Shown: positions 11,164 through 23,020, counted from the whole stretch's first letter. The stretch is 63,843 bases of DNA, filler included, from Octopus bimaculoides (GCF_001194135.2; 6 parts of 6 records of this genome joined end to end with filler, not necessarily neighbours in it); one strand, 5' to 3'. The notes: a model not told the origin generated them from the letters alone. Translations and numbers: made by a program.

Positions 11164-11431
11164 CTCAACACTTTTTAGTCCAACCCATGCTAGCATGGAA
11201 AGTGGATGTTAAATGATGATGATTTATGTATGTCATGTATGTATATGTGATTGTGTTTGTCTCTCCACTACATGATAACCGGTGTTGGTTTGTTTACACC
11301 TTGTATTGTAATGGTTTGGCATAGGGCACTGAATAAGTACCAAAACTTAAAAATAGATCCTGGGGTGGATTTATATGACTAAACCCTCCAATGACTGAAA
11401 CAAGTGACAGATTAACACACACACACATACA

Positions 11432-12072
11432 CACGAGAGTGGGTTGAAAAGTTTGTAGGCTGACTATGAAGGAGTGATACTAGAAGTGAAATCTTGCATG
11501 CATTAATTTCAACTGCATTATTTCTTTCCAGATAAACTCCCGCCTGACTGTTGAAAGAAAACTTCAAAAGTAACTAGTAGTGACAAGATTTGGCGTCGTG
11601 GTATCATTAAAAACCCGCAGAAAAAGGGTTTAGCCTTTAAAGACATTCATGCTGACATAGTTGCTGCATTAGAGGGTGATGATTCAGCTTCATCAATTGT
11701 GAAAAAGTGGGGCAGCTTAATGTAGGAGGTGAAGGGAGAATCTTGAAGGTGACCCAAATTCTGGACACACTGCAACTTCCACCACCAAGGAAAACATTGA
11801 TCGTGTTCACCAAATGATGGTGGATGATGGGCAATTGATTATAAATCAGATAGCCAATGCTTTTCGCATATCATGTGAGAGAGTTGAGAATATTCTGCAC
11901 AATGAACTTGGCATTGATGAAGGCTTCTGCTTGGTGGCTGTCATGTTGTCTGACATTTGATGTAGAGCACACCAGGCTAATCACATCACGGGGAAAATTC
12001 GACATTGTTTGCAGCAGATCCAACTGGTTTCCTTGAATATTTTCTAACCCAGGATGAGTGTTAGGTTTGTTG
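11432..12072 (+). mobile_element. mariner transposon, 5' half, pseudogenised
   Basis: Left end CACGAGAGTGGGTTGAAAAGTTT. Frameshifted translation RGIIK..KGL.FKDIHAD..; EGDPNSGH..TSTTKENIDRVHQM; IANAFRISCERVENILHNELG; SAWW; FLTQDEC*V (HTH region, WVP-like linker, first catalytic D). Confidence 0.85.
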
Positions 12073-12405
12073 AAAGAATAGCAGACAATCTGTAACATTA
12101 GTAGTTAAACAAATCTTCATTGTCTTACAGCTGTTTCAACACCTTCCCTGAAACTATGCTGTTATATTATTATTATTAACAATACTCTTGCACTTGATGT
12201 TTGAAACAATCTCATGAAGGATATTTTCAAAATAATATGTTTTGAGGAAATGTTTCCCTCCTGTCCTCATGAGCTGAGGTATATAATAGGTGCACCTTAA
12301 GTGTTAGTGTTGGCTTTTCTCTCATTGGCACTTGTCTCACCATAAATGAGGAGTTGATGTTATCCCTTCACATTATGTGTATATATAAACATTTCTTATA
12401 CAATA

Positions 12406-12797
12406 GGCGCAGGAGTGGCTGTGTGGTAAGTAGCTTGCTAACCAACCACATGGTTCCGGGTTCAGTCCCACTGCGTGGTACCTTGGGCAAGTGTCTTCTA
12501 CTGTAGCCTCAGGCCGACCAAAGCCTTGTGAGTGGATTTGGTAGACAGAAACTGAAAGAAGCCCGTTGTATATATGTATATATGTGTGTGTGTTTGTGTG
12601 TCTGTTTGTCTCCCCAACATCGCTTGACAACCGATGCTGGTGTGTTTATGTCCCTGTAACTTAGTGGTTTTGCAAAAGAGACCGATAAAATAAGTACTAG
12701 GCTTACAAAGAATAAGTTCTGGGGTCGATTTGCTCGACTAAAGGCGGTGCTCCAGCATGGCTGCAGTCAAATGACTGAAACGAGTAAAAGAGAGAGT
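12406..12797 (+). mobile_element. Full-length tRNA-derived SINE (family A)
   Basis: GGCGCAGGAGTGGCTGTGTGGT A-box, GGGTTCAGTCCC B-box, CCTTGGGCAAGTGTCTTCTAC block, internal TA/TG microsatellite, ends GACTGAAACGAGTAAAAGAG. Partial copies near 10633, 11240, 21775(-), 41810(-), 46121, 51461(-), 54260, 60520(-), 60880. Confidence 0.85.
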
Positions 12798-13110
12798 AAC
12801 CATTTATATATGCATTTTAACCCTGTCAACTATCTTCCATCTTGTCTCCCTCCACCGATCTTCCGTTGGGCCTCTCCCACCTCTACCTTAAGCCTCTATA
12901 TCTTTTAACGTTTGTTTTTATGCTAAGTTATATATAGAAACAATTTTAACATGAAACTGAAGGATTATTTCATACTTTTAGTTGAGTACATGTTTCTTAA
13001 GCTTTTACAAGGAAAAAGTTGACTGTGCCTTCGATGTTTTAGCTTGCCTACCTTCGTCAGACAGTTTGACAAAGGCAAGCAAGGAAATCGAAACACATTT
13101 ATATATCTTT

Positions 13111-13517
13111 GAGAAGACCCGGCAAGCCAAGTAAGATCGTTGCCAGTGCCCCTGGACTGGTTCTTGTGCGGGTGGCACATGAGATGCACCATTTTGAGCG
13201 TGGCCGTTGCCAGTACCGCCTGACTGGCTCCTGTAGGATTTTCGAGCGAGATCGTTGCCAGTGCCCCTGGACTGGCTTGTGCGGGTGGCACATAAAAGAC
13301 ACCATTTCGAGCGTGGCCGTTTTCGTGCGGGTGACACGTAAAAGCACCCACTACACTCTCTGAGTGGTTGGCGTTAGGAAGGGCATCCAACTGTAGAAAC
13401 TCTGCCAAATCAGACTGGAGCCTGGTGTTGCCATCCGGTTTCACCAGTCCTCAGTCAAATCGTCCAACCCATGCTAGCATGGAAAGCGGACGTTAAACGA
13501 TGATGATGATGATGATG
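13111..13517 (+). mobile_element. Young family C RTE-tailed retroposon with internal tandem duplication
   Basis: The GATCGTTGCCAGTGCCCCTGGACTGG...GTGCGGGTGGCACAT...GAGCGTGGCCGTT block occurs twice; (GAT)n tail; CpGs retained. Confidence 0.85.
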
Positions 13518-14231
13518 AAGATATATATATATATGTATATTTACAAATGTATGTGTGTGTGTGTTTGTGTCTCTATATATGCTTCTTATTAGCACAAAGT
13601 CAAGCTGTATCTAATATAGATTAATCATTCTTTCGACCAAATTGCTGCCTACTTTAATACACGGTTTTTCTGTGTGGCCTTTTTCCCCCACTTATGCTTT
13701 CTTCACATTGAGCAACCTCTCTTAATAACATTTCCGTTCCTTTTACTTTGTGACTTTGTTTAGGGCAAGTGTGCTTCTGCCATTCTGTGCTTATTCCTAT
13801 CTTTATGTGTCAATTATCTTCAGTACACTGCCTTGCAATCTAAAACACTCAATGCCGCAGATCCTCATCTTACAGAACATGTACAAAACTTTAAACACTT
13901 TCTACTTAGCTCTTTACTAAGTATCTTTGATATATATCTTCTTTTCTAGTTCTTTTATTACTTTCTGGTTTTGTACGTGCTTGTTGTTTTTTGTCTATTA
14001 TCAACTCAATACGGTCTTCGGAATTATTTCCATTGCTTTATATACAAGATGGAGTGCTAAAAATCAAACATATGGCCATTTTGTAGTCTTGGTATTTCTC
14101 TTGTCCTACATACAAGGCATGTTGTTCTAAGGAAAATAAGAAAATTCTGATAAAGTATTCATCTGTAAAATGCTTCATCCCAAGTAAACAAACAGCAGGG
14201 CGAAATTTGAGGGAAAATTGCTACTCCCTTT

Positions 14232-14490
14232 CTCACTCACTCACTCATTGCTCTTGCTTGATACGGCTGGGGTCATCCCAAGTTAGTGGTCCCAGAATCA
14301 TCAACTTTTTTAGAGCCAACCAGGTCTACCAGTGCTCTTCATCCACTGGCGTTTTCATGCCAGCCCCTCTGCATCTTCCAAAATGATGTCGAACCTCCGG
14401 AAAGCTTCCTTAATCTCATCCAGCCATCTGGTGCGGGGCCTGTCATGGGACCTCTTCCAGCCTGCAACTGCTGCATCGAACAAGAATGGC
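14232..14490 (-). mobile_element. RTE-clade LINE 3' end (ORF C-terminus plus (AGTG)n tail)
   Basis: Minus frame ...VAGWKRSHDRPRTRWLDEIKE...EDAEGLA*KR matches the RTE C-terminal GRPRxRWxD motif; ACTC repeats at 14232-14248 form the tail. Confidence 0.75.
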
Positions 14491-14876
14491 AAAAAAACCA
14501 AATAACAAAGACAATGTGTTTGATCAAATTGTTGCATTTATACTCTCCAATGTACAAATAAATATTTAGAATTTACAATAAATTATATAGATATCGTCAT
14601 TGTTTAATGTCCACATTTCTATGCATTGCTTGGGGTCAGGCAGAATTTGTTGAAGCAGATTTTCTTTGGCTAGATACCCTTCCTGTTGGCAGCCTTCATC
14701 TGTTACCAAGCAAGATGGTATTTTCCCATGGCCAGACACGTCCTTCATGGAAAGACTGGGAATGAACAAACTCACTTGCAAAATGATGATGATGATGATG
14801 ATGCTTGTTTACAACCATCGCACAATTTCTAGACAAAGGCACACACAACACAAAGCATTCACTTACACATACAAAT

Positions 14877-14928
<52 letters not shown>

Positions 14929-16567
14929 CAAACAATGAGAATGAGTGCTCAACATTGCATTGGTGGATAAAATTTCTTTATTTGTGTATTAAGGCTACCA
15001 TTGATTTCATGTTAAGAATAATACCTTAACAGTTTTTCAAGACGATCACAGACAGACGCATGCATGCTCACACACNNNNNNNNNNNNNNNNNNNNNNNNN
15101 NNNNNNNNNNNNNNNNNNNNNNNNNNNNNNNNNNNNNNNNNNNNNNNNNNNNNNNNNNNNNNNNNNNNNNNNNNNNNNNNNNNNNNNNNNNNNNNNNNNN
15201 NNNNNNNNNNNNNNNNNNNNNNNNNNNNNNNNNNNNNNNNNNNNNNNNNNNNNNNNNNNNNNNNNNNNNNNNNNNNNNNNNNNNNNNNNNNNNNNNNNNN
15301 NNNNNNNNNNNNNNNNNNNNNNNNNNNNNNNNNNNNNNNNNNNNNNNNNNNNNNNNNNNNNNNNNNNNNNNNNNNNNNNNNNNNNNNNNNNNNNNNNNNN
15401 NNNNNNNNNNNNNNNNNNNNNNNNNNNNNNNNNNNNNNNNNNNNNNNNNNNNNNNNNNNNNNNNNNNNNNNNNNNNNNNNNNNNNNNNNNNNNNNNNNNN
15501 NNNNNNNNNNNNNNNNNNNNNNNNNNNNNNNNNNNNNNNNNNNNNNNNNNNNNNNNNNNNNNNNNNNNNNNNNNNNNNNNNNNNNNNNNNNNNNNNNNNN
15601 NNNNNNNNNNNNNNNNNNNNNNNNNNNNNNNNNNNNNNNNNNNNNNNNNNNNNNNNNNNNNNNNNNNNNNNNNNNNNNNNNNNNNNNNNNNNNNNNNNNN
15701 NNNNNNNNNNNNNNNNNNNNNNNNNNNNNNNNNNNNNNNNNNNNNNNNNNNNNNNNNNNNNNNNNNNNNNNNNNNNNNNNNNNNNNNNNNNNNNNNNNNN
15801 NNNNNNNNNNNNNNNNNNNNNNNNNNNNNNNNNNNNNNNNNNNNNNNNNNNNNNNNNNNNNNNNNNNNNNNNNNNNNNNNNNNNNNNNNNNNNNNNNNNN
15901 NNNNNNNNNNNNNNNNNNNNNNNNNNNNNNNNNNNNNNNNNNNNNNNNNNNNNNNNNNNNNNNNNNNNNNNNNNNNNNNNNNNNNNNNGAATGACTATAA
16001 TATATTTTTATATAAGAAATTCTACACTAATAATCAAACACTTACACAGATACACATCTGCATTGACAAGTTCCCCTTCAATTAATTGTTCGATACTGAA
16101 AAAAATTAAAAGTGTTTACCAAATTTCTCACCTAATTTAATTGTATTGGCTTCTTAACCTGCAATTTTCTTATTGAACTGCATCACTTCTTATTATGCTG
16201 CTGTTTAACTAAATCATTAACCTCATGCAGATTGTTATTTTTTTAGTGGCTTAGAATAGAGTTGCTTAAGTTAATTTCTGAACAGCTATTCACATCGTTA
16301 TTCCTTACACTAAATTAGTCGTATCGTTGCTTAAAAATTTAATAAGAAAAAACAATTTGCATTCGACTGATGTTTGCTTCATTTTTACTTACCCTTTTCT
16401 GTTTTGTAATCTTTAATTTTTCTTTTTTTTTTTTATTCTTATTTACTTTTCATTGCTGATTTTATTCATAGCTTCTTTTGACATCTAAAAACAAAACCCC
16501 CGACTAAAAACTTTTTCTTCTTTTTATTATGATTAATACTTTTTTTGTTTTCCTTTTTGCTTTTGAA

Positions 16568-16614
16568 GCTAAAACTAAACTAAACTAAACTAAACTAAAC
16601 AAAACAAAACAAAA
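16568..16614. repeat. (CTAAA)n-(CAAAA)n pentanucleotide repeat
   Basis: Direct reading. Confidence 0.9.
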
Positions 16615-18004
16615 TACACCATAAAAATTATTCTATTTAGTTTGTTAAATGGCAAAAAACAACAAAACATTGTCATTTGCTTTGATGAGACTAATTTCAG
16701 ATTAAAAATTAAAAAAAAAAATAAAGTAATATTCTAATCTTATTTCAAAATAACATTAAAAGGGAAATACTGACAAATAAAAATGACTTTTTTTATATTT
16801 TAAAAATGAGTANNNNNNNNNNNNNNNNNNNNNNNNNNNNNNNNNNNNNNNNNNNNNNNNNNNNNNNNNNNNNNNNNNNNNNNNNNNNNNNNNNNNNNNN
16901 NNNNNNNNNNNNNNNNNNNNNNNNNNNNNNNNNNNNNNNNNNNNNNNNNNNNNNNNNNNNNNNNNNNNNNNNNNNNNNNNNNNNNNNNNNNNNNNNNNNN
17001 NNNNNNNNNNNNNNNNNNNNNNNNNNNNNNNNNNNNNNNNNNNNNNNNNNNNNNNNNNNNNNNNNNNNNNNNNNNNNNNNNNNNNNNNNNNNNNNNNNNN
17101 NNNNNNNNNNNNNNNNNNNNNNNNNNNNNNNNNNNNNNNNNNNNNNNNNNNNNNNNNNNNNNNNNNNNNNNNNNNNNNNNNNNNNNNNNNNNNNNNNNNN
17201 NNNNNNNNNNNNNNNNNNNNNNNNNNNNNNNNNNNNNNNNNNNNNNNNNNNNNNNNNNNNNNNNNNNNNNNNNNNNNNNNNNNNNNNNNNNNNNNNNNNN
17301 NNNNNNNNNNNNNNNNNNNNNNNNNAACAATTGTTTCAAGGAGTGTACTTCCAACATAGCTAGTAAAGAGGTACCATATTTGATGGCATCAAAGAAACGT
17401 GAGCATATTAGGTGCATATTCAAATGCAAAAGTGCATTAAAGCTTATGACGGCCCAACTTAACATTGCATGGATTTTTTTTTTTTTTGAGATGTCTTTTT
17501 GAGAAAAAATGCATGTCTTATATGCCATCAAATACGGTTTCCTGTTCTTGGATTAAGTACTTTTTGTCATCTGTTTATGTTCCAAGTTCAAATCCCACTA
17601 TGGTTGATTGTATTTTTCTGAAATCTATCATATTCTGAAGTTTATAGATCGTTACTTATCATTTTTGGAAATTAGCCTTGTGCCCAGTTCTAAGTAAATT
17701 GTTAGTTAATGCGATCAGATTAATGGATGACAGAATTGGTGGCACACCGAACAAAATGGATATAGTTATGTCTCCTTTATGTTCTGAGGTCAATTCTGCG
17801 TCTCGTTTGTTGAGGGTGATCAATAAAATAAGAACTAGCAAAGCACTGTGGTAGATTGAATCAACTATTTTACTCTCCTTCAATAATGTGTGGCCTTGTG
17901 TCTGTATGAGAAACCTTTATTGGTATAGCTTGTTAGTACTGTGTACAGGTTAGCAATATAGATATACACAGCTATCATAGATAAGCCAAATAAAAGGTAT
18001 ATAC

Positions 18005-18395
18005 TTAATCCTTTAACATTCAGTTTATTCTGTCTAATGTAATGCTTAATCTATTCGCATTGTTTTGAATTAATCATGCATTATCTTGTAGCTTTGAGGT
18101 TTCAATGATGTGATTGTTTATTTCTTAGAATGACATTGTAGGGTAGGTGTGAAAGGCTGGATCTGGCTGTTTTAAATATTAATCCTTTAGCATTCAGATT
18201 GTCCTGTCTAATGTAATATTTATTTATTCACTTCATTTTGAATTAATCATGCATTATGTCTTTACTTCAAGATTTCAGTGATTGATTACTTTTAGAATGT
18301 AACGTAGGTATGACAGGCTGAATCTGGTCAGTTTAAACATAAAGCAGGTAGAATATTCGGGATGGATATCGCCGGTTTAAATGCCAAAGGATTAA
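18005..18395. mobile_element. piggyBac-type MITE with tandemly duplicated 5' ~174 bp
   Basis: TTAATCCTTTA(A/G)CATTCAG starts at 18005 and 18179; single right end AATGCCAAAGGA-TTAA at 18395. Confidence 0.75.
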
Positions 18396-18771
18396 ACATA
18401 AGCCTTGTATCTGTAATTACAAAGATGAATTATAAACCATTTTTCAATGAGTTGTAACGTATTAATGGGAGAAATGAAGGAAAGTTTTACAAACCTTACG
18501 ATCAGTAGTTTTTTTTCTCTGAACAACATTACCAATAATCCAATTATCACTTAATGAAATGGCTTTAATATATTAAGGCTGACATTCTCTCGTTGCCCAC
18601 TTTCTTTCACATTATCTACAAGGTGTTGGTTAATGCTTGAAGCTTATAATTTTCTAAACCCATTATCTTAATTTATTCGATTTTGCTTAGCTTTCTACCA
18701 CTGAATAAGAAATTATTGTTTCCATGTAATATAAAACTTGTAAACTATTTCTACTAATTTTATTCTTATAG

Positions 18772-18783
18772 GTTTGTGGCAGG
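18772..18783 (+). CDS. Candidate 12-nt micro-exon
   Basis: TACTAAT branch point, ttttattcttatag acceptor, GTTTGTGGCAGG, consensus AGG|gtaagt donor; frame-preserving and open in all frames. Confidence 0.45.
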
Positions 18784-19148
18784 GTAAGTGGCTCTTTGAA
18801 ATGTTTTTATTATTATTATTATTATTATCATTATTATTATTATTAAAATACACAATGCAATTTTTTGGCTGTTAAATCATATTTTTAAAAATTAAGAGAA
18901 AATAAAATCACGTATAAACTTCATTACTTAATTAGTATTTGAAGCCTACGGATGTTTATTGAAACCCTTTTCTCAAGAAGCTTAAGGGAATTCGTTTACT
19001 GGAAGATGAAGCTTTGTAATGAAGAACTTTCTTTAATATTTCCATATAAAGACCACTTCGTTTTTATGTATTGTCATTTAATTTTGAATGAGCTCAATGA
19101 AGGTGGTTCTTGTAAAAACTAAACAGAACTGCCAGGAATGATATTGAG

Positions 19149-19407
19149 CAGTGGTTCTCAACCGGGGTCTATAGAAGATTTATGGAGGTCCACACAAGCA
19201 AAATAGTAAATTAGGGATCCATAGTAGTGTATTAAGGGTCCATGAAACGGCAGGATTTCTTTCTCTTCTGTTTCATGTGGTCCAAACCACGAAAGTCAAA
19301 TGTGTGGAAAGCAAAATAGGAATTTTGAAAGAAGTAATCTATACGAGTAGATTTTAAACATTGAAAGGCTATGGAGATCCACCAGAGTAAAATAAGAATC
19401 AAAATGG
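19149..19407 (+). mobile_element. hAT (Charlie/MER5-like) MITE left part running into a linker
   Basis: CAGTGGTTCTCAACCGGGGTC terminus; the same terminus occurs in opposite orientation at 45218-45260. Confidence 0.6.
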
Positions 19408-19507
19408 NNNNNNNNNNNNNNNNNNNNNNNNNNNNNNNNNNNNNNNNNNNNTTAATTAATTAANNNNNNNNNNNNNNNNNNNNNNNNNNNNNNNNNNNNN
19501 NNNNNNN
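19408..19507. other. Artificial scaffold linker 44N-TTAATTAATTAA-44N
   Basis: Exactly 100 bp; identical structure at 28981, 32576, 53445 and 58350. Confidence 0.97.
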
Positions 19508-20345
19508 AGTGAGATTGTGTTGCTATTTCAAACATACAGTTCGACCACTTGAAGAGAAAAACTATCGTTGACTTTTTGTTTATTTCACTTCTGGTCCCTC
19601 GAGAAACCAACGACAAACCCAGAATTCGAACACACTGAGATTTCCTAGATAATTACTAACCAATAGCTGCTAAATCTCCCTCAAACCACATCCTATCATC
19701 TCAAACAACAACAAAAAAATGGTCATGGCTGGAAAGACTGTTCAATTAGGACTGACCAGTGGCTAAATAACGACACCTGAGTGATGGTCATCGCTGGAGA
19801 GTCATTCAACACAAGTCTGCTCGATTATATGTGACCAAGGGTTAAACAAGAACGAAGATGATTATATGAAGGAGTTAATTCTTAATTTAATTGAATTAAG
19901 GTGTGTTTATTGGCGTGGGGGGAGGATAAAGAGGGAGGTGGCAGGGGCAGTAGGAAGCCTGTTTGATTTTCTTAAGCAATTAAGGAGAATTTTAATGAGA
20001 GCAATTAACTCTATTTGGTCGTTTCGCTTTCATTGTATTTACGTTTGTACTTCAGAACATAGATTTCGTTTTTGTTGTTCATGTTGTTGTTGTTGCTGCT
20101 GGTGGTGATGGTGGTGGTGGTGGTGGTGGTGATGGTGGTGGTGGTGGTGNNNNNNNNNNNNNNNGTAGTCGTGGTGGCGGTGGTGGTGTGGTGGTGGAGG
20201 TGGTGGAGAGGTGGTGGCAGATAATGTTGTCATTACTGTTGATGATGAAGAGATGGAGGGGAGAAGGCTTTTATAAAATTGTTACTGTTGTTGTTATTCT
20301 TGTTGTTGTTGTTGTTGTTGTTAAATTCGAGGCCAGTCCTGATGG

Positions 20346-20388
20346 AGACGCTCCGTCCAAAGACGCTCCGTCCAAAGACGCTCCGTCC
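20346..20388. repeat. 15-bp tandem repeat x3 (AGACGCTCCGTCCAA)
   Basis: Direct reading. Confidence 0.9.
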
Positions 20389-21048
20389 ATAACAATCGCG
20401 TATGTCCATCCGTATGCTACTTACATAGTATGCCACGTAGTAGGGTGCAATATTCTATCCCAGAATTCCGCTCAAGTACTCTGCAATATAAAGACTGCCT
20501 GATGAGGTCAGGAAGTCAAATACGTTAAGTTACGTCCCTTTATGTTCTGGTTCAGACCCCGACGTGCTTTGCTTTGTTCATCATTCAGCGGGAGGTGGAG
20601 AGGGGTGATAGAAAATACCAGTTAAAACCTGGGGTGTATAATATTCTTCTCTCCTACAAACTTGTGTCTCTGCCAATGGAATATATTAGTAATTTACTGT
20701 AATTACACCGGTCACTTGCAACAAAGTAGTCAAAGATAAGTGAGTGGATAAAAATATTTAGCCCATAATCGTTAGTTCAACAAAATATATTCTATTTCAC
20801 CAGGAAATGCGTAGAACCATTTCATTCCTTTTACAAATCGTCAGCATGATATAAGTTGTGATTAATTAATTAAACATTTTTGGAAGTGAGACATTTCATT
20901 AAAGCTGAAATTAATTACAAACCGGGGAAATTCATGGAATGTGTGTTTCTATTTCTTTTACTTTCTATGGGTGTGTTTGTGTGGGGGGGGTGTCTTGAAT
21001 ATGTGTTTGTGTATAAATAAGTGCGTGTGCGTGTTTGTGCTTAAGTGA

Positions 21049-21083
<35 letters not shown>

Positions 21084-21455
21084 TTTGTGTGTGCGCGCGC
21101 GCGCGTATCTATGTATGTTTGCGTGTATTCATGATTTCAAAATTTTCCGGCAGTGTGTACGACGGACAAAAGGGTGAAGCCGTCTTAAAATGCTGCTTCC
21201 CCTTCGTGTCATTGTCTGGACCCAGTGGCACATAACGCCCACACCACACACTTCACACAAAACATCTCCTGGCATCGCTGATATTTCTGCAGTAATTGGT
21301 GGCAAGCAAGCACTGCTTGATGTTATTATCAAAATGGATATCGACGTTGACTGATAAACAGTCAGCAGGTAGCTTCCTTCAGCAGCGAAGAATATTTCCA
21401 CCAGAATAACGCTGAAATTATCAAGGAGAAACAACAGCAACGACGAATAAAATAG

Positions 21456-21528
<73 letters not shown>
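21456..21528. repeat. Compound (CTA)n(CTG)n microsatellite
   Basis: Direct reading. Confidence 0.95.
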
Positions 21529-21529
<1 letters not shown>

Positions 21530-21619
21530 ACATATTCGAAACCACGAAGGAACGATGATGTGGTCATTTAAATTGCTAGAAATAGTTACCAAATCTCCCT
21601 CAACGCAACACCTGTACAC

Positions 21620-21715
21620 TATCTAATGTCTAATTATTATCTAATGTCTAATTATTATCTAATGTCTAATTATTATCTAATGTCTAATTATTATCTAATG
21701 TCTAATTATTATCTA
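21620..21715. repeat. 18-bp minisatellite, 5.3 perfect copies (TATCTAATGTCTAATTAT)
   Basis: Direct reading. Confidence 0.95.
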
Positions 21716-23020
21716 CAATAACAGCAGCAACTAACGTCGCTGATGCTTTCTCTTTTATAACGAAATATTACAGCTTTTCTTTTATTTGTTATTGACTGCG
21801 GCCATGCTGGAACACCACCTTTAGTCGAGAACATTTACCCCAAGACTTATTCTTTGTAAGCCTTATACTTATTCTATCGGACTGTTTTGCCGAACCGCTA
21901 AGTTATGGGGACGTAAACACGCAAACATCAATTGTCAAGCGATGATGGAGGGACAGCCACAGACACACACACATACACATACATACATTCAAAGATATAT
22001 ATATATATATATATATATCTTTGTATGTATGTGNNNNNNNNNNTATATGCACAAATATAAATGAGTATTTCTTTAGAAAAATTAATAGATAATTTAGTGA
22101 AAACGGATCATCTATAAAGTCTTAATTAAATAAATGTGCTGATGTATGCCTGTGTATGTATGTACATGCGTGTGGATACTTAAGTATGTGGCTAGACGCA
22201 TGTATGTATGTGTGTATGTATGTATGTATGTCCGTATGAGTGTATATACGCGTGTGTACATTAATATGGAAAATGAAAAGAACCAAACGCAAAACCTATC
22301 TTTCTTTTGGTGTTAAAACGAGGTGTCATTCAATCCTTTCTCGAATGATGAGCTCTATCCAACCTTTTAATACGCAATGGTTTCTTTAATTAGTGGCAGC
22401 AGACAGTCGCCGCCTCCCACTTCATATTTAATAATCATGAAGGCTCCATTAAAGGGTTGTATTTCGCCGTATGACACCATACATATATGTGAAGACCCTT
22501 CCATATATCACAGGTCCCTTATTGTGATCTTTCAGATTCCAGAAATAGTTTGAATTACATGATTGACAAATCTACACACTCTAATACTTTCAGGACCTTA
22601 ATTATATTTTTAGCAGAATTACAAACGTTTATATTTGATATCTTTCCTGTTTTCTAAACACACACGTCTGACTACTTTCCTTCTTTTTCCTATCTCTTTC
22701 CTGCCTCTTGTTTGCTTTAACGAGTGATGTGATGTATAAACAATACCATAAATGGGCTGAGGTCCACTGCAGCGGTTTCAGATGTATTCTTTATTGATGG
22801 ACAAAAATGTTACATTATGCCAAAAAAAAAAAAATTCTCTTCGCGTGAATTAAAAGTAAAATTTAACATTTAGGATTTTTTTACACAAATAGTATATAAT
22901 GCGCATTGAGCCTCTCATCTCGGCCTCAGTTGAGACATTTGATACAGGAGAAACCGGAGATACACTGGTCATAGATACATTGGTAATAGAAAGTGTGTGT
23001 ATGTATGTATACAGGTATAT

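Noticed and set aside
12406-12480. tRNA gene at family A, B and D heads
   Set aside because: A- and B-boxes are present, but there is no full cloverleaf and each continues into a multi-copy SINE body.
12965-13444. 159-aa, 110-aa and overlapping ORFs
   Set aside because: They lie within the GC-rich, internally repeated family C retroposon, and several frames are open at once.
15060-16140. Long ORFs of 150-370 aa here and at 16800, 24276, 27736, 29265, 41850, 46212, 47803, 55647, 60990 and 62248
   Set aside because: They are open only because N-runs translate as X.
19452-19463. TTAATTAATTAA as a conserved biological motif
   Set aside because: Always centred in exactly 44+44 Ns; an assembly spacer.
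21620-21715. CRISPR-like array; also the 15-bp repeat at 20346
   Set aside because: Contiguous units with no unique spacers, no cas genes, eukaryotic context.
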